A stretch of 64,000 nt of DNA. Source: Octopus sinensis (Eukaryota). The translations under genes and the position numbers were made by a program. Of this stretch, positions 52,738 to 64,000 are shown piece after piece (positions within the stretch are counted from its first letter, which is position 1; each line of letters starts with the position of its first letter). The notes beneath the pieces are model-generated. The model searched no databases. It was not told where the DNA came from and was given only the letters and a program-made list of their open reading frames with translations. The DNA lies in NCBI RefSeq assembly GCF_006345805.1, contig NC_042997.1:107756001-107820000 (forward strand). Reading direction: 5' to 3'.

Positions 52738-53393
52738 CTGAAAGAAAGATTGAAAGAGGAATCAGAAAGATCGAATCATTAATTATGGTGGGGGCCATTA
52801 AAATGATTAAGAGATTTGTGTGTGTGCGTGTATATGGATGTACATGTATATGGATGTAACTGTGAATATGTATATGTGTGTTTGCGTGTGTGTCTGTGTC
52901 TGTATGTGAGCGTGTGTGAGTATGTACCCATACGTGTGTGCGCGCGTAGAACTGTGTATATGTAGGCGTTTATGCATATAAGTATGTGTGTACGTATGAT
53001 TGTGAATATGTGTGTGTCTATTTGGGTGTTTCTAGTTGTGAATATGTAAGTGTTTGTGAGTGAATGAGGGCATTTATAAACGTATATTTACTGCACCTCG
53101 CCAAATAATTCGGTCATTCCAGATGAAGAATATTCTTGTATAGCCCCATTCCAGCAGTTTCTAGCTGTCAGTTACCCTCTATTCCCCTCACTCTCACCCT
53201 CACCCTATATGCAACCCCCATCCTCCCATACCCTTCCTCGAAGTCCGCCTTCAGTTTGTCTTGTTTGATGTTTTCGTTCGCATTCTTTACCTCATCACCT
53301 TTCGTTCACTCCTTCTTCTCCGGATTTCTTCATCATCGCCCCCAATAAATTTAAAATGTCTTAAGTTTTACTTAAAAATATCTTTGAAAAAGA

Positions 53394-53439
<46 letters not shown>

Positions 53440-54727
53440 TGTGTGTTTGTTTGTGTGTGTGCGTGTGTGTGTGTGTGTGTGCGCGTGTGTGTGTGTGCGT
53501 GTGTGTGTTTGTGTGTGCGTTTGTGTTTGCTTGTGTGTGTGTGTGTGTGTGTGTGTGTATTTGTGTTTGCTTGTGTGTGTGTGTGTGTGTGTGCTGGTTT
53601 TTCATCTGTCACTTTCTTTATACAAAATCCTCCCAGGTTCCCTTTCTTCGGTTTATCCCACGGTAAACGATTATCGCCGAGAACGTAAACGCGTTCGAAA
53701 CCACAGTGCGTCTAATGTTTCTTTTTCTGTTCCCCGTGAAAACCAACCATGTGCAACTGTCTAATTATATCTAATTAATTTCAATTACTCCACATGCAGT
53801 GACTACCAAAATCCATGTTTCCTTGTTGTATATTGCAATCGACTTTGAAATAAACGCTCACCCCTCCATCATTCACTTAACTGCTTGCGGTTTTCTGCTG
53901 ATGTAATTAAATGAGAGGCAGCTAAATATTTCATTCTTTTCTCTGCTTATTACTTATCTCTGTCCCTCTTCCGCGAACCGCTTCCTGTTGACCCTTCCCA
54001 GTCTGTAATTGACCACCTCACTAGACACCTGTTGCCCTTCCCCCACACACTTAAAACCAACCCAGCCATTACTCACCTGTCATCTCCCTCTCTCTCATCA
54101 TTCCTCTACTGTATTATCATTATGTCGCTCCCCATCCTGTCTGTGCTGCCAATAACCTTCCTTCCAACTAATCGCTACCCATAAGGCTTCCATCGATCCA
54201 AGGCTAGGGTAAAGACACATGCCCAAGATGCCGTGCTATGGGATTGAATCCAGGACCTCATAACTGCAAAGTGAACTGTTCAACCCTTTGGCCATGCTTG
54301 CGCTTGTCCACGCATGCACGCTCGCACGCACACACTCACACAGAAATATAAGTAACACGAACAACTTGATGATTCCCTCAAGTTCAGCGTTGAAGATAAG
54401 AACGGCAATTGGAGCAACTTCGCTCGTTCTCACTGTGGACATCATTGAACATAACAAACTTGACAGAGAAGGAAAAAGTGCATCCTAGCGACATTGCTAG
54501 ATTGCACCCGACATGAAAAACCCCACATGTTGGAGTGTCAGTCTATTAGTTAGTGGGGGAAAATTGCTTTGTAGATCATGTTTAGAAGTTTGATTGTGTT
54601 GCTAAAGGATTACAAGATCAGAACTGACCGAGCGCTAAAAATTATCGAATACTTCTGTGTCACTTTAGAGCTGTGACCTGGATAGAAACAGCGACAAGAA
54701 CAATAAATAGAAAAGAAAAAAGCTGAC

Positions 54728-54894
54728 CTGTTTTTAAATAAGCTCCGGTCGACCGGCGGTATTGGTGTACATTCAGTGACGTTGGTGCTGTTGTTAGGCA
54801 AATGATGCACTCTGAGTTTATTATTTGTAACAGAATTTCCGATTCCCAACCAGAGGGTCATGATAACAGCCGCGCTAAACCCAACTAAAGTGCC
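54728..54894 (-). CDS. SLC5 symporter exon
   Basis: ccacag|GTLVGFSAAVIMTLWLGIGNSVTNNKLRVHHLPNNSTNVTECTPIPPVDRSLFKN+AG|gtcagc; TM helix followed by a loop with N-glycosylation sequons. Confidence 0.8.
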
Positions 54895-55675
54895 CTGTGG
54901 TGGGGGAAAAAACAAAACAGAAAAAGAAATATTGTCAATGAATAAGTTTCATCTCTTATTTAATTCGCTTGGAAGGCATATTAAATAGGAGATATAATTA
55001 AATAGGAGATCAATTAGGAGATAATGTTGAAGACGTCTAGAAATGTCTTATCACGAATAGAAGAGGTGTGTGTGTGTAGGGGATACTGAGGTATCGTTTA
55101 TGGAGAACATTCGATAACGATGGTCTCCATCTTGTGTGACAACCACCAAAAATGTCTTTCATATCTCCAGTAGCTCAACGGAATATTTTCAACCAATATT
55201 AAACTGATTAAACATTCTGCAATTATAGACTGAAATCGCCATTTACGTTGCTTGTCTGTGGCTTCGTTATGCTGGGAGATGAACTGAGCCAGTGGCAGAT
55301 AAGTATCTTTGTCATACACCCGAGTCTTCACGACGGACAACAAACCGTCTTTTCTTACGTGGGACTCTCGAAAAGATACACTTAATAGCAACCTTCTCTG
55401 AATAATATGGTTGCAACAAGCAAGTTTTCGTACCTGTAGGGTACTTTAAACACTATCCAGGAAGCTGCAGACTAAAATGCAAACAGGAGTACAAACTATG
55501 GCAGCTAATGTATCATATATCCAGGAGTCATGGCCTACATGCAAACCGACTTCCTTAGAGTGAGAGGAATTAAGGGCCAAGACACTTGCATGAAGTGTTG
55601 ATTGCTTCTCTGGAAACCTGATGCTCAGCTCCCACTCTGGAGCAACTTGCTACGTACCTACCTATCTACCTACTG

Positions 55676-55719
<44 letters not shown>

Positions 55720-56248
55720 GTGTATATGTGATCAAACTGGCTCCAAAGAGGCTGGTGTTGCTCTGCACCGGCAAGACGTATATTATATAGCAAAACCATT
55801 AAAAGGAAATTACTAGGAATTTACTGAGACGAGTGGAAAGTCCAATGTTTCAGGCAGCCTCTGGCGTCAAGGAAAAGCTGAATTCTCTCCTTAAAACTTT
55901 TTTTTCTAAAGAACGAGTCTGTCCGAAACATTCGCTTTTCCTCTCGGCAAGTTCATTTCAATCTTTTTATTGATTTTACTATATCCATCCATCCACCCAT
56001 CCGTCTGTTCGTCCAACCATCTGTTATTAATACTAAGAAACTAAATTGCTCCGCCATAGAAATTTTGTTTTCTTTGGAAACGTCGTCTCCTTAAAATAAC
56101 ATCAAAAAGGCTCAAAAAGGAAAACAAAAAAAAAAAAAGGCAAATGAATTGTAAAATAGGATTTTCCAGTAATATTTGACAGTTCCTCTATATTGTTAAA
56201 ACGCATTGAAAACATTGAAAAAACTTGGAGAGTGGAGTAGACACGTAC

Positions 56249-56406
56249 TTTGGTGTTGGCCCATGGGACGAAGAGTCCAAGAACGAACATTCCGGTGATT
56301 GGTCCTGAGATAGTGTTCAAGATTATCAGAGTTGTGTGAAGAATGTTGGGGCTCAAATGATGGATCACGTAGGAAAACAGAACCGCGATGCTACCAAATA
56401 TCAACG
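56249..56406 (-). CDS. SLC5 symporter exon
   Basis: ttcag|(A)LIFGSIAVLFSYVIHHLSPNILHTTLIILNTISGPITGMFVLGLFVPWANTK|gtacgt; GP-x-xGxFxLG-x-x-xPWAN motif. Confidence 0.85.
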
Positions 56407-57087
56407 CTGAAATTAAACACAAAACGTAGAGAAAATGATTTACATTCTGTAGCTAATACGGTTTTCTAATTTTAGCTCAAGGCCAGGTATATTACTGGTA
56501 CTTATTTTAATGACATCAGAACAATCAATGATAAAGTCAATTGCAAAAAGATCTAAAAATCAGAACATAGACTTGATGTTAAATGTTATTGACCCTGGAG
56601 GATTTGAAAGTCAATTCGACTCTGACTGTATTTGAACTTGGAACAGAAAGAGTGCAAAGTACTTAATTTGGTGTCTTATTATTCGTGCTACTCTTCTTTA
56701 CAGTGGGGTGTTAAGGGTGTTAAGGGTTCAAGCAGAACAGCCAGAGATAATATTGATTTCAAATTTTGACACAAGGCCAGCAGTTTTGAGGGGAAGGGCT
56801 AAGGGGATTACATCGACCCCAGTGCTCGACTGGTAATTATTTTATCGGCTCCGGACGGATGAAAGGCAAAGTCGACCTCGGCGCAATTTGAACTCAGATC
56901 GTAAAGACAGATGAAATGCCGCTAAGCATATTGCCCGGCGCGTTAACGATTCTGCCAACTCGCCGTCTAAAGCCAGACACAGTATGTTCGACCAGTATAT
57001 TGTTCTACTTCTACAGCCTACACGTGGTGCTATGATACGACCAGGTAGTGAAAGTGCTACATTGGAAACTGTGCGAAAAATGGGGGC

Positions 57088-57300
57088 TAGAGAGCTGGCA
57101 GAGTCGTTAACACGCCGGGCGAAATGCTTAGCAGTATTTCGTCTGTCTTGACGTTCTGAGTTCAAATTCTGCCGAGGTCGGCTTTGCCTTTCATCTTTTC
57201 GGGGTGGATAAATTAAGTACCAGTCAAGGACTGGGGTTGATGTGATCGACTATTCTCTCCCTCCCCACAAATTCTAGGGCCTTGCGCCTATAAAAGAAAG
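57088..57300 (+). mobile_element. tRNA-derived SINE family 1, tail type B (representative copy)
   Basis: Same head and core, tail ...cccacaaattctagggccttgcgcctataaaagaaagg. Other type-B copies: ~9795-9985, 23890-24065, 50205-50419, 51130-51340, 56752-56965, 63372-63515 (all -) and 59110-59290(+). Confidence 0.8.
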
Positions 57301-57380
57301 GACTATGTTGAAACTATAATTTACATCTGGAAATGGTTAATCGAGTTTTATCTATCATCACCACTATCGTCGTTACCGTC

Positions 57381-59090
57381 ATTATTATTGATTTGACTCA
57401 GATTTGGTCTTATTCGGTTTACTGCATGTAATCTTAAACATTTAATAGTCTTTCCAGTGCTTAGACCTCCTGATAATCTTTCCTACCCTAAGAGGCAAAC
57501 TTTTTCTCTAAAGGACATTCTATTCCAGTCTCCTTCAACCATTTGTCCATATTTTTGTTTACAGTTCCCAATGCACCAATTATTATAGGCATAGCCTTTA
57601 CAGTTTTCATATTCCAAATTCTTGCAATTTCAGATCTTAAAGGATTGTAATTCTTTTTGTTTTTCGTCTTCTTTCTTCACAATTCTGGAACGAAACGGAC
57701 ATGGTAGATCAATTAATAAGCAACTTCGCTTTTCCCTGTCTATTATTGTTATGTTTGGTCAATTATTTTCTAGCTTCTTGTTTGTTTGAATAAGTCCCAC
57801 AGAATCTTAAAATTCTGCGGCTCCAGGACTCTTTCGACTCGATGTTCATACCATGTATCTTCAGCTAAAAATCCCCATTTCTGGCAAAGTTTCTAATGTA
57901 AAACTTTAACAACTTGGTCATGTCTCCATTTCTTGTGAATATATGTGAATATATTCCTTCTTAACCAGAACTGGGCAGCCAGAGATAATATGATTTATTG
58001 CTTCTTGTCCATCTCCACATATTCTGCAGTTACTTGTTATATTTCTTTTCATTACATGTTTTTGGTAATTTCTGGTGGGGAGACTTTGGTCTTGTGCTGC
58101 AATTAAAAATCCCTCTGTCTCTGCTTTGAGTCCTGAGCTTCTCAACCATTGCTGGATTTTGCCTAGCTCCAGGATCCCAAGTTACTTGTACCCATCATCA
58201 CCCGGGCCTTCTATTTTCTCTCCGTTTGGCAATTCTATGACCCTACAATTTACTCTTTACCCCCGCTTCAAAGTAAGCACCGCACTCTTCGAGATACCGA
58301 ATTCCATCCCTATATCTTTGCTGCACACTTGCATAGTCTCAGCCAGCCTCTCCACTTCAGGCCCTGTTTTCGCGAACAGTTTTAAATCATCCATGAAGCG
58401 AAGGTGGTTGAGACGAGGTCCGTTCTTTCTCAGCTCATAGTGCGCGTTGACTTTGCGTAGGACTACAGAAAGTGGCATCCAGGCTATAACAAATAACAGA
58501 GGTGAACAAGAGTCACCTTGGAAGATGCCTCTTTTGATTGTTATCTCAACTAAGTGCTGGTTGTTACAGGAAATATGTGTTTTCCAACTAGGCATGCTGT
58601 TCTTAATCAGTTCACACACGTTCTCAGCTATTCCACACATGGCGAGCGTTTCCAAAATAAACGAATGCGGCAACATGTCGTAAGCCTTTGAGAAATCTAT
58701 CCAATGCAGGCATAAGTTTTTTAGTATCGTTTATAGATCTTCATTATAAACTTCTCTATCCCAAGATGGTCCTTGGTGCCCTTGGATCCTTTTCGGCATC
58801 CCTTTTGTTCTACTGGCAGTAGATTGTTTTCCGCAAGGAATGTATATATTTTCCCTGTGAGGGTACCTGTTAATACTTTCCATAGAAGGTTAAGACAAGT
58901 AATGGGTCGGCAGTTGCCAACTTCATTGCCCTTAGATCGATCTTTCATTAACAATATTGTTTTCCTCTCTACCATCCACTGCGGAACTGCACCGCTATGT
59001 AAGCAATTGTCTAATCGCAACGCACTTCTCTCGTGTGTTGACCTGCGCCACTTGAGCCAGTAGCCTTGGACTCCGTCTGGTCCTGCCGCT
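57381..59090 (-). mobile_element. R4/Dong-like non-LTR retrotransposon (RT, CCHC, RLE), 5'-truncated and decayed
   Basis: NCRPITCLNLLWK, EQKGCRKG, KRGIFQGDSCSPLLF, FMDDLKL, LIAAQDQSL..CRICG....INHIISGC; (AAT)n at both ends. Confidence 0.88.
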
Positions 59091-59821
59091 TTTATTGTTA
59101 TTATTATTTAGGCGGTGAGCTGGCAGAACCATTAGTACGCCGGGCAGAATGTTTAGCGGCATTTCGTCCGTCCTTACATTCTTCTCGGGGTCGATAAAAT
59201 AAGTACCAGCTGAACACTGGGGTCGATCTAATCGACTGGTCCCCTCCACTAAAATTTCAGGCCTTGTGCCTTTAGTGGAAAGGATTATTGTTATTATGTT
59301 GACGAAAACTCTCAACTTGTTTTGTTGGATATTCTGAGCAAAATGCTTAGCGGCATCTCATCATTTATTATTTTAGCGGAATATGGCGCAGAGTCATAAA
59401 TACTACAGGGGGAGGCAAGTGAACTACATTGACCCCAGCGCACCCCTGGTATTTATTTTTTTAAAGGAAGAAGAGAAACGTCTACGATTCCATTATTATT
59501 ATTTTCTATGAAAATATTCTTTTTGGCAGAAAATAGGGTAAAAAAAGAAAATATAATGAAAATGAAAAATAGAAACTGCAATCGCATGTGTTTGTGGTTT
59601 GGCAGAATAGAATATAAAGAATCATCTGTTGATGTCTGAGATATTGGTTGTTAAAGAGACAACAGGGAGGCGCCAACACCTTCAGACTGAACCTGTTGTT
59701 CCTCTCTAGAGAGAGGAACCAGTTATTTAAAGAGGAGAGTAATCATACCACCAAAATTACTTCCAAAGAATGGTTTACTGAGGAATGGAACATTCAATGA
59801 GAACATGTTCCTGCGCGCGCA

Positions 59822-59861
<40 letters not shown>

Positions 59862-60814
59862 TTAACATAACAAATGCTGCCTGGGTGGTTCAAAATTACC
59901 AAAATATTTTCTCAAGAAATGTCTATGCATTTTTATTATTTTTTTAATTCTAGCATCGTTCATGTGATCCTGGGATTAGTCTATTTTGTAAAAATATTAA
60001 GAGCTGGGGATGTTACAAGAGGCTGGAATACTTCTTGTGATGTTGACTATTTAACTGGGAAGTAGGTTGATGACGTGAATTTCGTTAAGTCATTAATTAG
60101 ATAATCTAAAATGCTCGACTGTTCTCTTGATTAGTTCAGCCTGTAATTAAGTTGTTCCGTTGCAACATATAAACATATTCTTAGTTTTCGGTTCAAACTA
60201 AGAAAATTTATTTTCATTTGACACGGAGTTTCAAGCTTTTAATACCTATTTCTTTACCGTCCACAAGGGGCTACACACAGAGGGGACAAACAAGGACAGA
60301 CAAACGGATTAAGTCGATTATATCGACCCCAGTGCGACCCCGAAAGGATGAAAGGCAAAGTCAGGCAAAGACAGGCGAAATACCGATAAGCATTTCGCCC
60401 GGGGTGCTAACGTTTCTGCCAGCTCGCCGCCTTTAAGCTTTTAATACCACGGTGTTTAAAGCCTTGTGGGAGTATATAAACGTGACAATATGTGTTATGG
60501 ACATAGATGTCGCTAGTCATGATTTCTCAGCAGCCAATTGGAAGATAGTCTTTCGACATTGCCGCCATCTTCATTGCATAAATATCAACGATTAACAGTG
60601 GTACAAGGCCAGAAACTTGCAGTGAAAAGAGGAAGTTTTCTGAATCTAGCAAGTACTTTACTAGTGTCTGTTTTTTAGAGGCCCTAGAGGAAAGACAAGA
60701 CAATTTTAGCGAGATTTGAACTCAAAACGTGACTCATAATCCAAGTAAATACTGGCATTGAGTTTCATTGCCGTTTCTTGGCATCACTTCATCTGTAAAC
60801 CGCAACTGACTTAC

Positions 60815-60942
60815 CGATGGCTATTGTTATTTTACCGGAGGTTTTGCCGCCGATTGCTTCTTTTCTCACTTTTAAATAAAGAGGATCAACAAAATCGTAG
60901 TAAGTGACGGCTGCCAAGGAATTGATCCCAGACGATATTGTG
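60815..60942 (-). CDS. SLC5 symporter exon
   Basis: ttcccag|C completes Ser; TISSGINSLAAVTYYDFVDPLYLKVRKEAIGGKTSGKITIAI+G|gtaagt; gives the STxSSGxNS Na-site motif. Confidence 0.85.
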
Positions 60943-61088
60943 CTGGGAAGAGAAAGAAGAAAGATAAAACAGAATTAAAACATTGTATTTGAAATATATC
61001 TGAGACGGAAAAAGAAAGGTGATCGGAAGGTTTACCGAAAGCTTGACTCATGGGTTTTTTGTAAGGGTAGTTATACATTTATGGAGGT

Positions 61089-61119
<31 letters not shown>

Positions 61120-61837
61120 GATGCTCATCACCATCATCCGCTACAGAAGGCCAACTTTACGAATATTGGTTCCAAATTATTGCACAAATCATTTCTGGGG
61201 AGAGTAAGTCGTTTACATCGACACCAATGTTCAACTGCTACATATTTTATCGATCCGGAAAGGATGAAAGGCAAAGTCAACCTCGGTAGAATTTGAACTC
61301 AGAACGTAAAGATGAACGAAATCTGGTAATGATTCTGTAGTTCTCCGTTTTAAACTTGACTAATGTTCAATGTGTTTCCCAGTGTTTATTTTATTTCATC
61401 CCTCGCCGCTCTATGATCGGCCCCACTTGACTTGGCACCCATCTCTTCCATGGCAAAACTATTAAATACCAGTAATACAATGATGTCCAATGTAATTACT
61501 TGAAGTCTTCTCTTGAATAATCGATCTTCTATAGAATAATCAGTCTTCCATTTATATAAGAAGTCAATATTTATTTCAGCCTTCTGATTTGAGCCCCAGG
61601 CCACGATTTAGGTTGCTGGTCGAGACTGCGATACGATTTCCGTCATTTGTAGAAGCGACTTACAGTGTTAATATCTAAAGGAAAGGCATGAACGACTCGC
61701 TCACTTCATTTCGTTAAAATACAACGTCCTTCAATCAAAACAAAAGCTGAATTCTTTCAAACGAACATAAACGATGGAAATGAATGACGAATGTGTTTCT
61801 GTGTCTCGTGAAATCACGAAAAAAATCTTCTACTCAC

Positions 61838-61926
61838 CTCAAAGCTCCACAGAAAATACAGGAAACAAACAAACCGGGAAGACCGCTATACTTGCCTAAG
61901 GCCTGGGTTATAAAATGAGGTAGAAT
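61838..61926 (-). CDS. SLC5 sodium:solute symporter (SLC5A5/6/8-like) exon
   Basis: ttacag|ILPHFITQALGKYSGLPGLFVSCIFCGAL+AG|gtgagt; PGLPGLF-type motif of the family; 89 bp. Confidence 0.85.
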
Positions 61927-63256
61927 CTGTAAGAGAATGACAAAGACAAAAATTAAGGATTTGTCACAGGAACTTTGTTGTTCTAAATATATTGATTCCA
62001 AATTTTGGTACAAGGAGGAGGAGGGGGAGGCAGTAAATCGATTACATCGACCCCCAGTGTTCAAATGGTACTTATTTTATCGAATGAAAAGGATGAAAGG
62101 CAAAGTCAATCTTGGTGAAATTTGAACTCAGATCATGAAGACGGACGAAATGCCGCTAAGCCTTTTGTCCGGCGTGCTAACGGTTCTGCCAGCTCGTTAC
62201 CAGCTTGTCAAAGAAGGTAACGTAAAACAGGGAGGGATTCGAACTAAGAAACGCTGGACATCAATAACGACCTCTGTTTGTTGGAGCAAGCAGGTTTTGT
62301 ATCCCCTCCATTCAGCCAACCCTTCTTATTTGGTCCATTTCTCTTTCCAAAACTCGTCGCATTTTTGTGTCCAGCCATCACACCTCACCTTTACCAGTTG
62401 GCACAATCCTTCTTCTTCAGAATGTTCACCCACTAGAATTTTCTTCCATCACCTCCATCTCATCTTTGCAGGTTTTGTCTTGCATCAGTTTTAAACAGTC
62501 AAGTGCACTGGCCTTTGAAGACTTGCAAAGGCTTCGGGCTGTGTACCTTCTTCTACACTCAACAAATGAGAACAGAACGAATGGTAGTGGCGGGGGGAGG
62601 AGAGAGTTGTGCTGAGGCTGAACCAGTGAACATGTCCGAGTTCTTATTAAATAAACATTTCTTTTAACCTGGAATAAATCCTTGGCATTGGTTCGGGGCC
62701 ACCAACTTGTACAACCGACTGCAGTACATGACTGATGCACGCTTGCAGCTGGGAGAACGTTTGCAAAAGTCATCTTTCTAGAGGAACAACACCGCTGCAG
62801 AGTCAACAGTTGGAACCGGTGACGCGAAGAGCATCGGGTCATTGAACATCGGCTTCAACAAGTTCCGCTGGACCCATGCAACCATGCAAAAAATTGATGT
62901 TAAAACGTGATGATTACACGCACACACACACACACGCACACACACACACATACACACACACACACACTCTATATGTATGTATGTATATATATATAGTTTT
63001 CTTCTGAATTTGTGTAAGTGTGTATAGAATAATATATCAGTTGAATAAAGTTAAAACATGGTTTGGTTTTCATGTTTTTTATTATTGTATTTAGAAAAAA
63101 AAATTCTACAATGTTGAACTTTATGAACATTACAGGGTATTTTTTAATGTTTAATTCACTTCAACGTTGTAAAAAATTTCTTTAAAATATATAACAAACG
63201 TGAAAACCAGACCATGTTTTAACTTTATTCAACATATATGTATGTATGTACAAACA

Positions 63257-63340
<84 letters not shown>

Positions 63341-63371
63341 CATGCACACACATACGCACATATGTATTCTT

Positions 63372-63925
63372 TTCTGCTCTAGGCACAAGGCGCGAAATTT
63401 TGGGGGAGGGAGCCAGTCGATTAGATCGACCCCAGTACGCAACTGGTACTTAATTTATCGACACCGGAAGGCTGAAAGGCAAAGTCGACCTTGGCGGAAT
63501 TTGAACTCAGAACGTAAATACCTATTTCTTTACTACCCACAAGGGGCTAAACATAGAGGAGACAAACAAGGACAGACAGACGGATTACATCGACCCCAGT
63601 GCGTAACTGGTACTTATTTAATCGACCCCGAAAGGATGAAAGGCAAAGTTGACCTCGGCGGAATTTGAACTCAGAACGTAGAGGCAGACGAAATTCCTAT
63701 TTCTTTACTGCCCACAAGGGGCTAAACATAGAGGGGACAAACTAGTACAGACAAAGGGATTAAGTCGATTACATCGACCCCAGTGCGTAACTGGTACTTA
63801 ATATATCGACCCCGAAAGAATGAAAGGCAAAGTCAACCTCGGCGGAATTTGAACTCAGAACGTAATGGCAGACGAAATACCGCTAAGTATTTCGCCTGGC
63901 GTGCTAACGTTTCTGCCGGCTCGAT
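63372..63925 (-). mobile_element. Three head-to-tail family 1 SINE units
   Basis: The core ...gaaaggcaaagtcgacc..ggaatttgaactcagaacgta occurs three times; only the rightmost unit keeps most of the 5' head. Confidence 0.85.
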
Positions 63926-64000
63926 TTCTTTTATTTAGGCACATGGCCTTTATAAAGAGGGGACACCACAAGGGCAGACAAAACAAGACATTGAGGATAC

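Noticed and set aside
55098-55391. Possible Penelope-like RT remnant (KTRVYDKDTY)
   Set aside because: Similarity is too short and vague to support without a profile search.
62230-62560. Possible decayed LINE C-terminus on the minus strand
   Set aside because: Only a loose WLD motif among stops; the clade cannot be assigned.

Overview
AT-rich, microsatellite- and SINE-dense eukaryotic DNA; the repeat families and composition suggest a cephalopod (octopus-like) genome, which is inference. Two spliced host genes converge. On the + strand are the last six coding exons of a selenophosphate synthetase (11172-28160), followed by a ~2.1 kb 3' UTR with a canonical type II SECIS element (30206-30276) just before an AATAAA. 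The SECIS implies a Sec-containing SPS2 whose UGA exon I did not find and which probably lies upstream of the window. On the - strand are five exons of an SLC5 sodium:solute symporter (61926-52637). The rest is transposon-derived: RTE LINEs (one with an uninterrupted ~2.2 kb RT frame) and many (CAT)n-tailed RTE 3' fragments, piggyBac deletion derivatives and TTAA MITEs, two complementary Helitron halves, R4/Dong-like RLE retrotransposons sitting in (AAT)n tracts, a CR1 3' end, a decayed Gypsy-like integrase and at least two tRNA-SINE families. The structures these features do not explain are a 505-bp circularly permuted tandem-plus-inverted amplicon beside a Helitron 5' end (41490-43270), an alternating SINE/microsatellite/Dong array (50200-52520), and a 12x39-bp minisatellite fused in frame to an RTE endonuclease remnant. 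All coordinates and alignments were read by eye; no searches were run.
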